Shown here: piece after piece, positions 47,257-56,629 of the stretch
Layout: each line of letters opens with the position of its first letter
How positions within the stretch are numbered: the stretch's first letter is position 1
DNA from: Candidatus Micrarchaeota archaeon
GTDB lineage: Archaea > Micrarchaeota > Micrarchaeia > Norongarragalinales > Norongarragalinaceae
Direction of reading: 5' to 3'
NCBI GenBank assembly: GCA_016207165.1
Contig: JACQQD010000011.1
Location: forward strand, 1-64,000
DNA length: 64,000 nucleotides
Position numbers and translations under genes: made by a program
Notes under the pieces: generated by a model
What the model was told of the DNA's origin: nothing
Seen by the model: the letters and a program-made list of their open reading frames with translations, nothing else
Databases searched by the model: none

Positions 47257-48485
47257 AAATCATTCCCGGAAGCCTGGAAGGCGCCGTGCACGCGCCGGCA
47301 TCCAAAAGCCACACCCACCGCGCCTTGATCTGCGCGGCGCTGGCCAAAGGATCGTCGCAAATCAAGGGAGCCTTGGTCTCCGATGACACGCTTGCCACGG
47401 CGCGCGGTCTAAGCGTTTTGGGCGCGAAATTGGACAAGGACCACGTGGATGGAACGTACACCTTGGAAAAAGGCGGGACACTGCAATGCCAGGAATCCGG
47501 GTCCACCCTGCGCTTTTTGCTACCCGTCGCGTGCCTCTCCAAACAATCCTGCACGCTGGTGGGGACCGGCCAGTTGCCGCACCGACCCGTCAAACCGTTG
47601 GCCAACGCGCTCAATGCGTTGGGTGCGGACGTGCAAACCCAGAACGGCGGACTGCCTGCACTCACGCAACCCGGATTGAAAGGCGGCCGCTGCACCCTTC
47701 CAGGACACCTCAGTTCGCAGTTTGTCTCCGGGTTATTGTTCGCCCTGCCGCTGTGCAAAAATGATTCCACCCTCAACATCACAGGCCCACTTCAGTCAAA
47801 GCCGTACGCGGACTTGACGAAGCAAACCATCCAAGCCTTCGGCGTTGACGTGAAGGAAGAAGACGGAAAATACCACGTGCCCGGCAACCAACAATACCAG
47901 CCCCAGAAAATCCAAGTCGAAGGCGACTGGTCGTCCGCCGCGTTCTGGATGGTGGCCGGAGCCGTTGGAGGCGACGTCCACGTCACGGGCCTTGAAAGCA
48001 AGTCGCTTCAAGGCGACAAGGCGGTTGCGGCGATACTGGAAAAAATGGGCGCCGACGTGCAAGAAACCGCCAACGGCGTGCGCGTCACGCAAAGCCCGCT
48101 TCAAGGCGTGGAAGTTGACGTATCCAACATCCCGGATTTGTTGCCCATCCTCAGCGTGGCGGCGTGCTTTGCGCAAGGAACCACCCGGTTTTACAACGCG
48201 GAGCGGCTGCGCTTAAAAGAAAGCGACCGATTGGGCGGAATGGCCGAAGAGCTTTCCGCCATGGGCGTTACCCTCCAGGAAAAACAAGACGAACTGGTCA
48301 TCCGAGGCGGCAAAGCGTTGAAGGGAACAACCCTAAAAAGTCACGGCGACCACCGCATTGCCATGAGCCTGGTCATCGCCGCACTCCACGCGAAAGGGGA
48401 AAGCGAGTTGGACGACGCGGACTGCGTCGCCAAGTCCTACCCCGGATTTTTCAGTGATTTAAGCAAGTTGAGGAGAACGACGTGA
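47253..48485 (+). CDS. aroA: EPSP synthase
   Basis: SKSHTHR, ESGSTLR, SSQFVSG, EGDWSSA, RLKESDR, DHRIAM, KSYP. Confidence 0.95.
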   Translation: MKIIPGSLEGAVHAPASKSHTHRALICAALAKGSSQIKGALVSDDTLATARGLSVLGAKLDKDHVDGTYTLEKGGTLQCQESGSTLRFLLPVACLSKQSCTLVGTGQLPHRPVKPLANALNALGADVQTQNGGLPALTQPGLKGGRCTLPGHLSSQFVSGLLFALPLCKNDSTLNITGPLQSKPYADLTKQTIQAFGVDVKEEDGKYHVPGNQQYQPQKIQVEGDWSSAAFWMVAGAVGGDVHVTGLESKSLQGDKAVAAILEKMGADVQETANGVRVTQSPLQGVEVDVSNIPDLLPILSVAACFAQGTTRFYNAERLRLKESDRLGGMAEELSAMGVTLQEKQDELVIRGGKALKGTTLKSHGDHRIAMSLVIAALHAKGESELDDADCVAKSYPGFFSDLSKLRRTT

Positions 48486-49570
48486 ACCAGCATTACGGCA
48501 AAACATTTGAAGTGCAACTCGCCGGCGAATCCCATGGCCTTGGCGTGGGATGCATCATCCAGGGATGCCCAGCGGGACTGCCGCTGACGGAAGGCGACAT
48601 CCAAAACGAGTTGGACAAGCGAAAACCAGGACAGACGTTAACCACGCCCCGAAAAGAAGAAGACAAAGTGCAAATCAAGTCGGGCGTGTTTGAAGGAAAA
48701 ACCACGGGCGCCCCGATTCTTTTGTGGATCGACAACCACGACGTGCAATCCCAATCCTACGGGAAACTCAACGAAGTCCCCCGACCAGGGCACGCCGACG
48801 TGACGGCCGCCGAAAAATACGGGGGATTCAACGACTACCGGGGCAGCGGCGCGTTTTCCGCGCGGCTGACCGCCGCCTTGGTGGCCGCGGGCGCCATTGC
48901 CAAAAAACTCCTGAAACGCCAAGGCATCGAGATTTTGGGCCACGTCCAGCAATTGCACGACGTGAAAGTCACCGACGCCACCGACGAGGCTATCCGGAAA
49001 AACGCGTATTCCAACCCGGTGCGGTGCGCGGACCCCAAAGCCGCCAAAGCCATGCAACGGCGCTTGGACGAAGCGCTTTTGGACGGGGACTCGCTGGGGG
49101 CCGTAATCGAGTGCCGAGTCCTGAACGTTCCAAGCGGAGTGGGGGAGCCGAGGGCCCAATCCGTGGAAAGCGTGATTGGATCCAACTGTTTGGCGCTTCC
49201 AGCAGTCAAGGGCGTGGAATTCGGGGAAGGCTTTGCCGCCGCAACCATGAAAGGCAGCCAACACAACGACGCCTACCTGGAACAAGACGGCGGCATCGTC
49301 ACGAAGACCAACCACGCCGGCGGCACCCTCGGCGGCATCACCACCGGCATGCCGATCGTGTTCCGCGTCGCGTTCAAGCCCACGTCCAGCATCGCCAAAA
49401 CCCAGACCACCCTGAACGTCGCCACCAAAAAACAAGAAAAACTCAACGTCGGCGGACGACACGACCCCTGCGTCGCGCTTCGAGCGGTTCCCATCGTTCA
49501 AGCCATGGCGGCATTAAGCATCGTGGACTTAATGCTCCAAGCGCAAAAAATCCCGCGGGTGCTGAAATGA
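48482..49570 (+). CDS. aroC: chorismate synthase
   Basis: GESHG, GKTTGAP, RPGHAD, SARLTA, NHAGGTLGGI, KPTSSI, GRHDPC. Confidence 0.96.
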   Translation: MNQHYGKTFEVQLAGESHGLGVGCIIQGCPAGLPLTEGDIQNELDKRKPGQTLTTPRKEEDKVQIKSGVFEGKTTGAPILLWIDNHDVQSQSYGKLNEVPRPGHADVTAAEKYGGFNDYRGSGAFSARLTAALVAAGAIAKKLLKRQGIEILGHVQQLHDVKVTDATDEAIRKNAYSNPVRCADPKAAKAMQRRLDEALLDGDSLGAVIECRVLNVPSGVGEPRAQSVESVIGSNCLALPAVKGVEFGEGFAAATMKGSQHNDAYLEQDGGIVTKTNHAGGTLGGITTGMPIVFRVAFKPTSSIAKTQTTLNVATKKQEKLNVGGRHDPCVALRAVPIVQAMAALSIVDLMLQAQKIPRVLK

Positions 49571-50667
49571 CGCTGGAAAAAAGCCGCGGACGCATCGACG
49601 AAATCGACGAACAGATCACGAAACTCTTGGCCGAACGCGTGAACGTCGCCAAACGCACCCGCAAGGAAAAACAAGTCCAAGGCCAAGGGGTGACGGACGC
49701 CTCCCGCGAGAAGAACGTCTTGGAGCACGTCGAACGCGTGGCCAAAGAACATGGACTGGACCCCAACTTGGCGCTGCGCGTCTTTGAGGAAATCATGGCC
49801 GCGTCCAAGGCCCAGCAATACATGGACCACGACGCGCCCACCACGGAACGCCTTGACATTCAAACCGTGGCCTTCCAAGGCGAACGCGGCGCGTACAGCG
49901 AAGAGGCGCTTCGGCAAATCCTTCCAAACGCCGACCCCGTGCCTCGGCCGGAACTTGGCGACGTGTTTGACGAAGTGCAAAAAGGAAAAGCGGATGCCGG
50001 ACTGGTGCCTATTGAGAACAGTACGGAAGGCAGCATCAACTACACGTACGATCTTTTGTTGGACTCCCAATTGGGCATCGCCGGCGAGACGTTCTTGCGC
50101 GTGCGTCATTGCTTGCTGGCCAAATCAGGCACGAAAACGCGGGAGGGACTCCACGTGTACTCGCATCCCCAGGCGTTGGCCCAATGCCGGGATTTTTTGA
50201 TTGGCAAAAAACTGCAGCCCGTGCAATACTACGACACCGCCGGCGCCGCCAAAGCCATTGCCGAAGGCAAAATCCAAGGGGCCGCCATTGCCTCCAAGAC
50301 GGCGGCCGAACACTACGGGTTGGACGTGTTGGCGGAAGGCATTGAAGACAACCGCAACAACTACACGCGATTTATACTGATTTCCAAGAACACGCCGACG
50401 CCCACCGACTCGGACAAAACCTCCATCGTTTTTAGCACGCACCACCGGCCCGGCGCCTTGTTTGAAGTCATGAAAGTCTTTGCCAAAGCCGACATCAACC
50501 TGACCAAACTGGAGTCGCGGCCCACCAAGCAAAAACCCTGGGAGTACTTCTTCTATATGGATTTCGAGGGCACGGCATCCAAAGCCCCGTACCAGCAAGC
50601 CCTGGAAAACATCAAGCCCCACACGCTGTTCCTGAAGGTGCTGGGCAGCTATCCCCGGTCGCGGTGA
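49567..50667 (+). CDS. pheA: chorismate mutase/prephenate dehydratase (P-protein)
   Basis: RGRIDEID..ITKLLAER, GERGAYSE, PIENSTEG, SHPQAL.QC, NYTRF, ESRP, LGSYP. Confidence 0.95.
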   Translation: MTLEKSRGRIDEIDEQITKLLAERVNVAKRTRKEKQVQGQGVTDASREKNVLEHVERVAKEHGLDPNLALRVFEEIMAASKAQQYMDHDAPTTERLDIQTVAFQGERGAYSEEALRQILPNADPVPRPELGDVFDEVQKGKADAGLVPIENSTEGSINYTYDLLLDSQLGIAGETFLRVRHCLLAKSGTKTREGLHVYSHPQALAQCRDFLIGKKLQPVQYYDTAGAAKAIAEGKIQGAAIASKTAAEHYGLDVLAEGIEDNRNNYTRFILISKNTPTPTDSDKTSIVFSTHHRPGALFEVMKVFAKADINLTKLESRPTKQKPWEYFFYMDFEGTASKAPYQQALENIKPHTLFLKVLGSYPRSR

Positions 50668-50735
50668 AATCCAAAACCTTGAAAAGCCCCAAAGCGCCCT
50701 AAAAACAAGGATTGCAAAACCGGTGGGAAAAAGTC

Positions 50736-51812
50736 ATGGCCTTGACGCTGTACCAATTGTCGGAAAAAATCTTCGAACTTGAAAAACAGGGAAAAAAGAT
50801 TCTGCGTTTGAACATTGGCGACCCGGGCCTAGTCACCCCCGACGCACTACGCAACGCCGCCAAAAAGTCGTTGGACGCCGGAGAAACACGGTACGCGTCG
50901 GCCCAAGGCGAAAAGCCGTTGTTGGACAAAATCGCTTCGACGCACGGCGCGGAGGCGCAAAACGTTTCCGTCACCCCAGGAAGCAAGTGGGCGTGCTACG
51001 CCGTCCTCCAATTGATGCTGAAACCCGGGGACAACATCGTCACCCCGGCGCCGTTTTGGTCGGCGTACGAATTAATGGCCAAAAGCTTCGGAGCCGAATG
51101 CCGACTGGTTAAAACGGAAATGGAGGACCACTTCCAATTCGACCCTCAAGCCTTGTTCGAATTGGTGGACGCCAAGACGAAAGTCATCGTGCTGAACGAC
51201 CCGTCCAACCCCACGTCCACGGAATACGGCGCTGAAAGCGTGAAAGCCGTGCTGGAATACGCGCAAGACCAAAAAATCTTGGTGTTGCTGGACGAAGCAT
51301 ACCGCGACTTGTCGTTCAAGAAAAATGAGTTGATGACGTACCAGGAGGGATTGGCGATCACCACCACGTTTTCCAAAGCGTACTGCATGAGCGGCTGGCG
51401 CGCCGGCTACCTGGTCGCCGACGCCGACGTCATCAAAAAAGTCGTTTCCCTTAACCAAATCACGTTCACCAACGTGCCTCGCTTCACCCAAGCCGCCATG
51501 CTGGAGGGGCTGACCCGCAGAGAGGAAGTCACGGGAGCCACGCGCAACGAATGCAAAAAGCGCTTGGCGGCTTGCGAACAAGTCTTTAAAGGAATTCAAT
51601 ACGCGAGGCCGGACGCAGGATTCTACTTCTTCCCCAAAGTCTCCGACGGCGACTCGATCACGGAAAAAATCTTGGAACAAGGCATTGCCGTCACGCCGGG
51701 CTCCGTCTTCGGCGGGTACAAGCAATTCATCCGGTTGTCGCTCTCGCACCCCCTGGAAAAGCTCACGCCCGCCTTGCAGACGATCCGCCGCGTGATTGAC
51801 GAGAACGCGTGA
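50736..51812 (+). CDS. class I aminotransferase (probably aromatic)
   Basis: LNIGDP, NDPSNPT, LDEAY, FSKAYCMSGWRAG; position within the aro operon. Confidence 0.88.
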   Translation: MALTLYQLSEKIFELEKQGKKILRLNIGDPGLVTPDALRNAAKKSLDAGETRYASAQGEKPLLDKIASTHGAEAQNVSVTPGSKWACYAVLQLMLKPGDNIVTPAPFWSAYELMAKSFGAECRLVKTEMEDHFQFDPQALFELVDAKTKVIVLNDPSNPTSTEYGAESVKAVLEYAQDQKILVLLDEAYRDLSFKKNELMTYQEGLAITTTFSKAYCMSGWRAGYLVADADVIKKVVSLNQITFTNVPRFTQAAMLEGLTRREEVTGATRNECKKRLAACEQVFKGIQYARPDAGFYFFPKVSDGDSITEKILEQGIAVTPGSVFGGYKQFIRLSLSHPLEKLTPALQTIRRVIDENA

Positions 51813-51843
51813 CGGTTCCCATGAAGAAGAAGAAGGGAAAACA

Positions 51844-52572
51844 ATGAAAGCACTTGGCCTCGTTGGATTTGGCCAATTCGGAAAATTCGCCGCCCGACAC
51901 CTCAAGGACCACTTCGACGTCACGGTGTCTGACGAGAAAGACGTCTCGGAATCCGCAAGAAAAATGGGTTTGAAGGCCGGCCCCCTCAAGCAAGCCGCGC
52001 AAAGCGACGTCGTGGTCCTGGCGGTTCCCGTGTCCAAACTGCGTTCCGTATTGAAAGCCATAGCGCCCCACCTCAAAAAAGGCGCGTGGGTGGCCGACGT
52101 AGGCTCAGTGAAGATCGAGCCCGTGGAATGGATGGAAAAAATCCTTCCGAAAACCGTGAACGTCATCGGCACGCACCCCATTTTCGGGCCTCAAAGCGGG
52201 AGAAACGGCATTCAAGGCTTACCCATCATCGTATGCCCCGTGCGCGGGGATTCCGCCAAAGTGACAGCCTTTCTGGAAGGTACACTCAAACTCCACGTCG
52301 TCCAATCCACCCCCGAAAAACACGACGAAGACATGGCCTACAGCCAAGCGTTGGCCCATTTCGTGGGCCAGGCGCTCAAAGAAATGGATTTGCCGGACGT
52401 CAAGGAAAAAGCCGCCACGTATGAGGCCCTCTTGGCCATCCGGGACCTCGTGAAATACGACTCCCCGGAGTTGTTTGAAACCATTCAAAAAGAAAACCCG
52501 CACGCCGAAACGGTCCGCCAACGCTTCATGGACCAACTTGAAGAAATCCACAAGCGGTTGCGTAAAGCTTAA
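51844..52572 (+). CDS. tyrA: prephenate/arogenate dehydrogenase
   Basis: GFGQFG, DVGSVK, THPIFGP, HDEDMAYSQALAH. Confidence 0.92.
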   Translation: MKALGLVGFGQFGKFAARHLKDHFDVTVSDEKDVSESARKMGLKAGPLKQAAQSDVVVLAVPVSKLRSVLKAIAPHLKKGAWVADVGSVKIEPVEWMEKILPKTVNVIGTHPIFGPQSGRNGIQGLPIIVCPVRGDSAKVTAFLEGTLKLHVVQSTPEKHDEDMAYSQALAHFVGQALKEMDLPDVKEKAATYEALLAIRDLVKYDSPELFETIQKENPHAETVRQRFMDQLEEIHKRLRKA

Positions 52573-52597
52573 ACAACGCCTCCAACGTAACGAATCC

Positions 52598-53722
52598 ATG
52601 AAAAAAGAATTGGACCCGTGGTCCACGCAACTCATTTCGGACTACGACTACTTGTTCAAAGAATTCGGGTTGCAGCACTTCGACGCCAAACTCCAAAAAA
52701 AACTCTCGGGCCACCGCCTTTACCGAAGGGGCATCGTGTTTGCGCACCGGGACTTTGACCAATTCGTGCAAGCCTCGAAAAACAAACAGCCGACGGCCGT
52801 CATGACGGGCATCAAGCCCTCCGGGGAATTCCATTTGGGCTCCAAAATGACGGCCGAAGAAATCATTTTCCTCCAGAAACAGTTCAACAGCCGCTTGTTT
52901 TACGCCATTGCCGACGTGGAAGCCTACGCCGACAACGGGCTGAATTTCCAGCAAAGCCACCAAAACGCGGTGGACAACGTCGCCGACTTGCTGGCCCTGG
53001 GCCTGGACCCCGAAAAGACGTTCGTCTACAAGCAATCCGAGAACATGCACGTCAACAACCTCGCCAACATTTTCGCCCGCAAAACCACGCTCAACACCCT
53101 GGAAGCCTTGTACGGCCACCAGAACCTGGCCCTGTATTTGGCGGTGCTCACGCAAGCCGGCGACATTCTGGCCCCTCAACTGGACGCCTTTGACGGCCCC
53201 AAACATACGGTGGTTCCCGTAGGCATCGACCAAGACCCCCACATCCGCTTCACCCGCGACTTGTCTGCCAAGTTCAAAGACGAATTCGGGTTCATCACGC
53301 CTGCGGCCACCTTCCACAAGTTCTTTCGAGCGTTAAACGGCGAGACGAAGATGTCCAAACGCGACCCCCTGAACATCATGACGCTCAACGACGACAACGT
53401 ACTGCTCAAAAAGAAGTTGGCCAACGCGCTGACCGGCGGACGCGCCACCGCCGAAGAGCAAAGGCGGTTGGGCGCCAACCCGTACGTCTGCGTCGTGTTC
53501 GAGTTGATGAAGTACCACTTCTACGACGACGACTCCGCGCTCAAGGACATGGAACAGGACTGCAAGAGCGGAAAACTGCTTTGCGGCGAGTGCAAGGCCA
53601 TCCGCCTCAAACACATCCAAGAATACTACAAGAAGCACCAGGAAAAAAAGAAAAAAGCGCGCGCCCAAGCCGAACAAATCCTGGAACAACCCATCGCGTT
53701 CAAGAAGAAAAAGTCCAACTAA
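52598..53722 (+). CDS. trpS: tryptophanyl-tRNA synthetase (archaeal type)
   Basis: RRGIVFAHRD, TGIKPSGEFHLG, GIDQDPH, KMSK, TGGR, CGECK. Confidence 0.95.
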   Translation: MKKELDPWSTQLISDYDYLFKEFGLQHFDAKLQKKLSGHRLYRRGIVFAHRDFDQFVQASKNKQPTAVMTGIKPSGEFHLGSKMTAEEIIFLQKQFNSRLFYAIADVEAYADNGLNFQQSHQNAVDNVADLLALGLDPEKTFVYKQSENMHVNNLANIFARKTTLNTLEALYGHQNLALYLAVLTQAGDILAPQLDAFDGPKHTVVPVGIDQDPHIRFTRDLSAKFKDEFGFITPAATFHKFFRALNGETKMSKRDPLNIMTLNDDNVLLKKKLANALTGGRATAEEQRRLGANPYVCVVFELMKYHFYDDDSALKDMEQDCKSGKLLCGECKAIRLKHIQEYYKKHQEKKKKARAQAEQILEQPIAFKKKKSN

Positions 53723-53836
53723 CCCAACGGGGAAGGGGGATCCGGAGGAACGTAGAACTGAGGGGGAAACCGGGGTTTCCCCCGCGGTTTCGGCCGAGCA
53801 AATCCTGGAACAACCCATCACGTTCAAGAAGAAAAA
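53669..53836. repeat. 44-bp direct repeat of the trpS 3' end around a GC hairpin
   Basis: 53669-53712 and 53793-53836 are 42/44 identical; GGGGGAAACC-GG-GGTTTCCCCC lies between them. Confidence 0.85.
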
Positions 53837-53930
53837 ATAGCCACGCGGTTTGTGAGAACAAAGCTTAAAAGCGGAAACCAAGTCAACGTAGAGCCACGTT
53901 TTTTGTGGTGGGGAGTTTCAAGCACCGGAC

Positions 53931-55064
53931 ATGTTTCTCACGTTCCGCAACGCCAAGAAATTGGTGGCGCAACACGACACGCCGTTGATGGTCATCAGCA
54001 AATCACGCGTCCGCGCCAACTACCAGGCCCTCAAAAAAGCCTTGCCTCGCGTGCAAATCCATTACGCCTTGAAAGCCAACCCCCACAAAGGCATTTTGAA
54101 CATTTTGCGCCAAGAAGGCTCCGAGTTTGACGTCGCGTCCTACCAGGAAATCAAGTGGCTCTTGGACATCGGCGTGGATTCCACGAAAATGATTTACGCC
54201 AACCCCATCAAGTCCGTACCCGACTTGGTGCGGGCGTACAACGTCGGCGTGGAAAAATTCGTGTTCGACAACGACACGGAACTCCAGAAGATGGCGCGGT
54301 ACGCCAAAGACGCCGACGTGGTGCTGAGGCTGTTCGTGGACAACAACGCGGCGTACTACAAGTTGTCCGCCAAATACGGGGCGCAGCCCAAGCACGCCAT
54401 CCGGTTGCTGAAAAAAGCCCAGAAACTGGGCCTGAACCCCGTCGGCCTCGCATTTCACGTGGGGTCCCAGAACACGCGGTCGGAAGACTACATCAACGCC
54501 ATCAAGACCTCCGTGAAAATCTACAAGGAAGCCAAGAAAAAAGGCGTCGAACTTGAACTCTTGGACATCGGCGGCGGGTTTCCCGTCCGGTACGGCCACA
54601 AGAAAACCGACAACGGGCACGTGGACGCCAAGCAAATCCTTTCCGACGTCAACGCCGCTTTAGAGGAGAACGTGCCGGAGTCGTTGGAGGTCATCGCCGA
54701 ACCCGGACGCTTCATCATCGGCGACGCCGCGATTCTGATTTCCCGCGTGATCGGCAAATCCAAGCGCAACCGCGTCATTTGGTATTACTTGGACGACGGC
54801 TACTACCACTCCTACACCGACCTTCACGCCTCGAACTGGAAGTACGAATTCGTTCCCCAACGAAAGCAACGCAAACGCCACAAAATCCGCTCCGTGTTGG
54901 CGGGCCCCACGTGCGACTCGTACGACGTCATCGCGAAAAGCATTTGGCTTCCAGAGTTAGAAATCGGGGACCTCATCATGTCGCCCAACATGGGCGCGTA
55001 CAGCACCGCCATTTCCAGCCAGTTCAACGGTTTTCCGCCCGCCAAAACCATCTACGTCGATTAA
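53931..55064 (+). CDS. fold-type III PLP ornithine/lysine decarboxylase
   Basis: YALKAN, FDVAS, FHVGSQ, DIGGGF, EPGR, GPTCDSYD, GAY, FNGF. Confidence 0.92.
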   Translation: MFLTFRNAKKLVAQHDTPLMVISKSRVRANYQALKKALPRVQIHYALKANPHKGILNILRQEGSEFDVASYQEIKWLLDIGVDSTKMIYANPIKSVPDLVRAYNVGVEKFVFDNDTELQKMARYAKDADVVLRLFVDNNAAYYKLSAKYGAQPKHAIRLLKKAQKLGLNPVGLAFHVGSQNTRSEDYINAIKTSVKIYKEAKKKGVELELLDIGGGFPVRYGHKKTDNGHVDAKQILSDVNAALEENVPESLEVIAEPGRFIIGDAAILISRVIGKSKRNRVIWYYLDDGYYHSYTDLHASNWKYEFVPQRKQRKRHKIRSVLAGPTCDSYDVIAKSIWLPELEIGDLIMSPNMGAYSTAISSQFNGFPPAKTIYVD

Positions 55065-55088
55065 AAACCGAGAAACGCATGGAACCGT

Positions 55089-56586
55089 GATGGCCAACAA
55101 TGCAACGCGCTTCCGCGGGGCGCCGGCACTCAGCAAACAAGACGAATTCCAGCAGGCGTTGCGAAGCCTCATCTCCGAAGATCCCACGCGGGGCAATAAA
55201 GAACTCGTCGACGAATTAAACCGGAGACTGGAAGACTACCTGGCCCAACACTACCAAGGCGGACGCGTGACCCGCGCCGATGTCCGATACGGAAGACGCC
55301 ACGCGCTAAAACAAATTCAGGACGCGCTGTACACCAAAGACCCAAAACAAGACCATTGGTCGCACGAAGAACTGAATCGGCTCACATTTCTGTGGGGACA
55401 ACGGCCTTCGCCCGAGTGGCTTTCCCGCGTACAGCAATTTCACGCCAACAAAGCACTTCATTTGCTGTTCGAACCGCGGCTGCGGACACCCGTCCACTGG
55501 CGCGAAGTGCCCGCCAAACTCCACCAGAAGCGAAGGCAACGGGGCCTTGAAAGCGTGGCGGACTTAAGCGACAACGACATTGTTTCGGCCATACCGGAAA
55601 ACGTGGCATTTCTTCGGCGAGTCAAAGGACTCAAAACAAGCAAGGCCTGCGATTTGATCATTCAACAAGTCGCTGAAATTCCGCGCAACCCAAGCACGAC
55701 AAACTGGAAGGACGCGAAAACAAGGGAAACGTTTGCTCGAAGCCTCATGCACCGCTTTGGCCGCGTGAAAGATATCCCAATCCAAAGCGTTCCCAAAGCA
55801 CTGATCCGGTTCTACGGAACGCAGAAACGCGGAAAATACGTGGGGGCACTGGCCAGACTGCTCTCCGAATTCAACTTAATCACTCCCGAACAGTCCACTC
55901 GATTGACGGCGTACCGGAGCCACAACCGCCGCCGACGCATCCTGCTTCAACACTTAAACCCAAACGCAGGCCAAGCCAAATACCGAGACCTGACCGGCAT
56001 GGCCAAAGGACCCATCAGCAGGACATTCGTCCAAATGGAAAGAGAACTGAGAGCCGCGTTTGCCGAAGTTCAAAAAGGACAAAGAACCCTGGCGGACGTC
56101 GCCAGAGAATTCGGAGTTGGAGCGCGGGGAATCCAGACGCTCTACAAACCATTTGAACAAGACGGTTCCCTAACGCTGTTCTCATACCGCGGAACCGCCA
56201 AACCCGAATTTCGCGAAGACATGAAAACAATGGGCGCGTTGAACAAAGACCTTGAAGAACACTGGCATGCACTGGGCGGCCGAAACCAAAACGGCAGAAG
56301 GCTTGCACCCGGAAGCCAAGTCAGCATGCCCCCTCAAATCAGACGACTGCGAACCCTGCTTCATAAACTCCGAAGAGCCAAAGAACTCAACGCAAGAACG
56401 GTCGGACGGCACGTCGCCGAGGCTCAAAGCATGTGCGAACGCCTAACCGAAAACGGGTCCGCCATCACCATCCGCCAACCGCGAGCCAAACTCGTCACCG
56501 AACGAACCATACCGGGCACCCGCTTTACGAACCTCCACCACACCCTGGAAGCCATCCGCCACGAACACCGGCTTTGGGCCGCGTGA
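55089..56586 (+). CDS. large basic hypothetical protein with HTH-like segment
   Basis: Arg-rich ORF of about 500 codons; TLADVAREFGVG. Confidence 0.6.
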
Positions 56587-56629
56587 AAACCGCCGACGAA
56601 ATTAAAAGCCGTGCAACCATACGTGTGCC

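Noticed and set aside
48724-49566. Apparent N-terminal extension making a 647-aa PheA
   Set aside because: Overlaps aroC in another frame and is low-complexity; the real start is the ATG at 49567 overlapping the aroC stop
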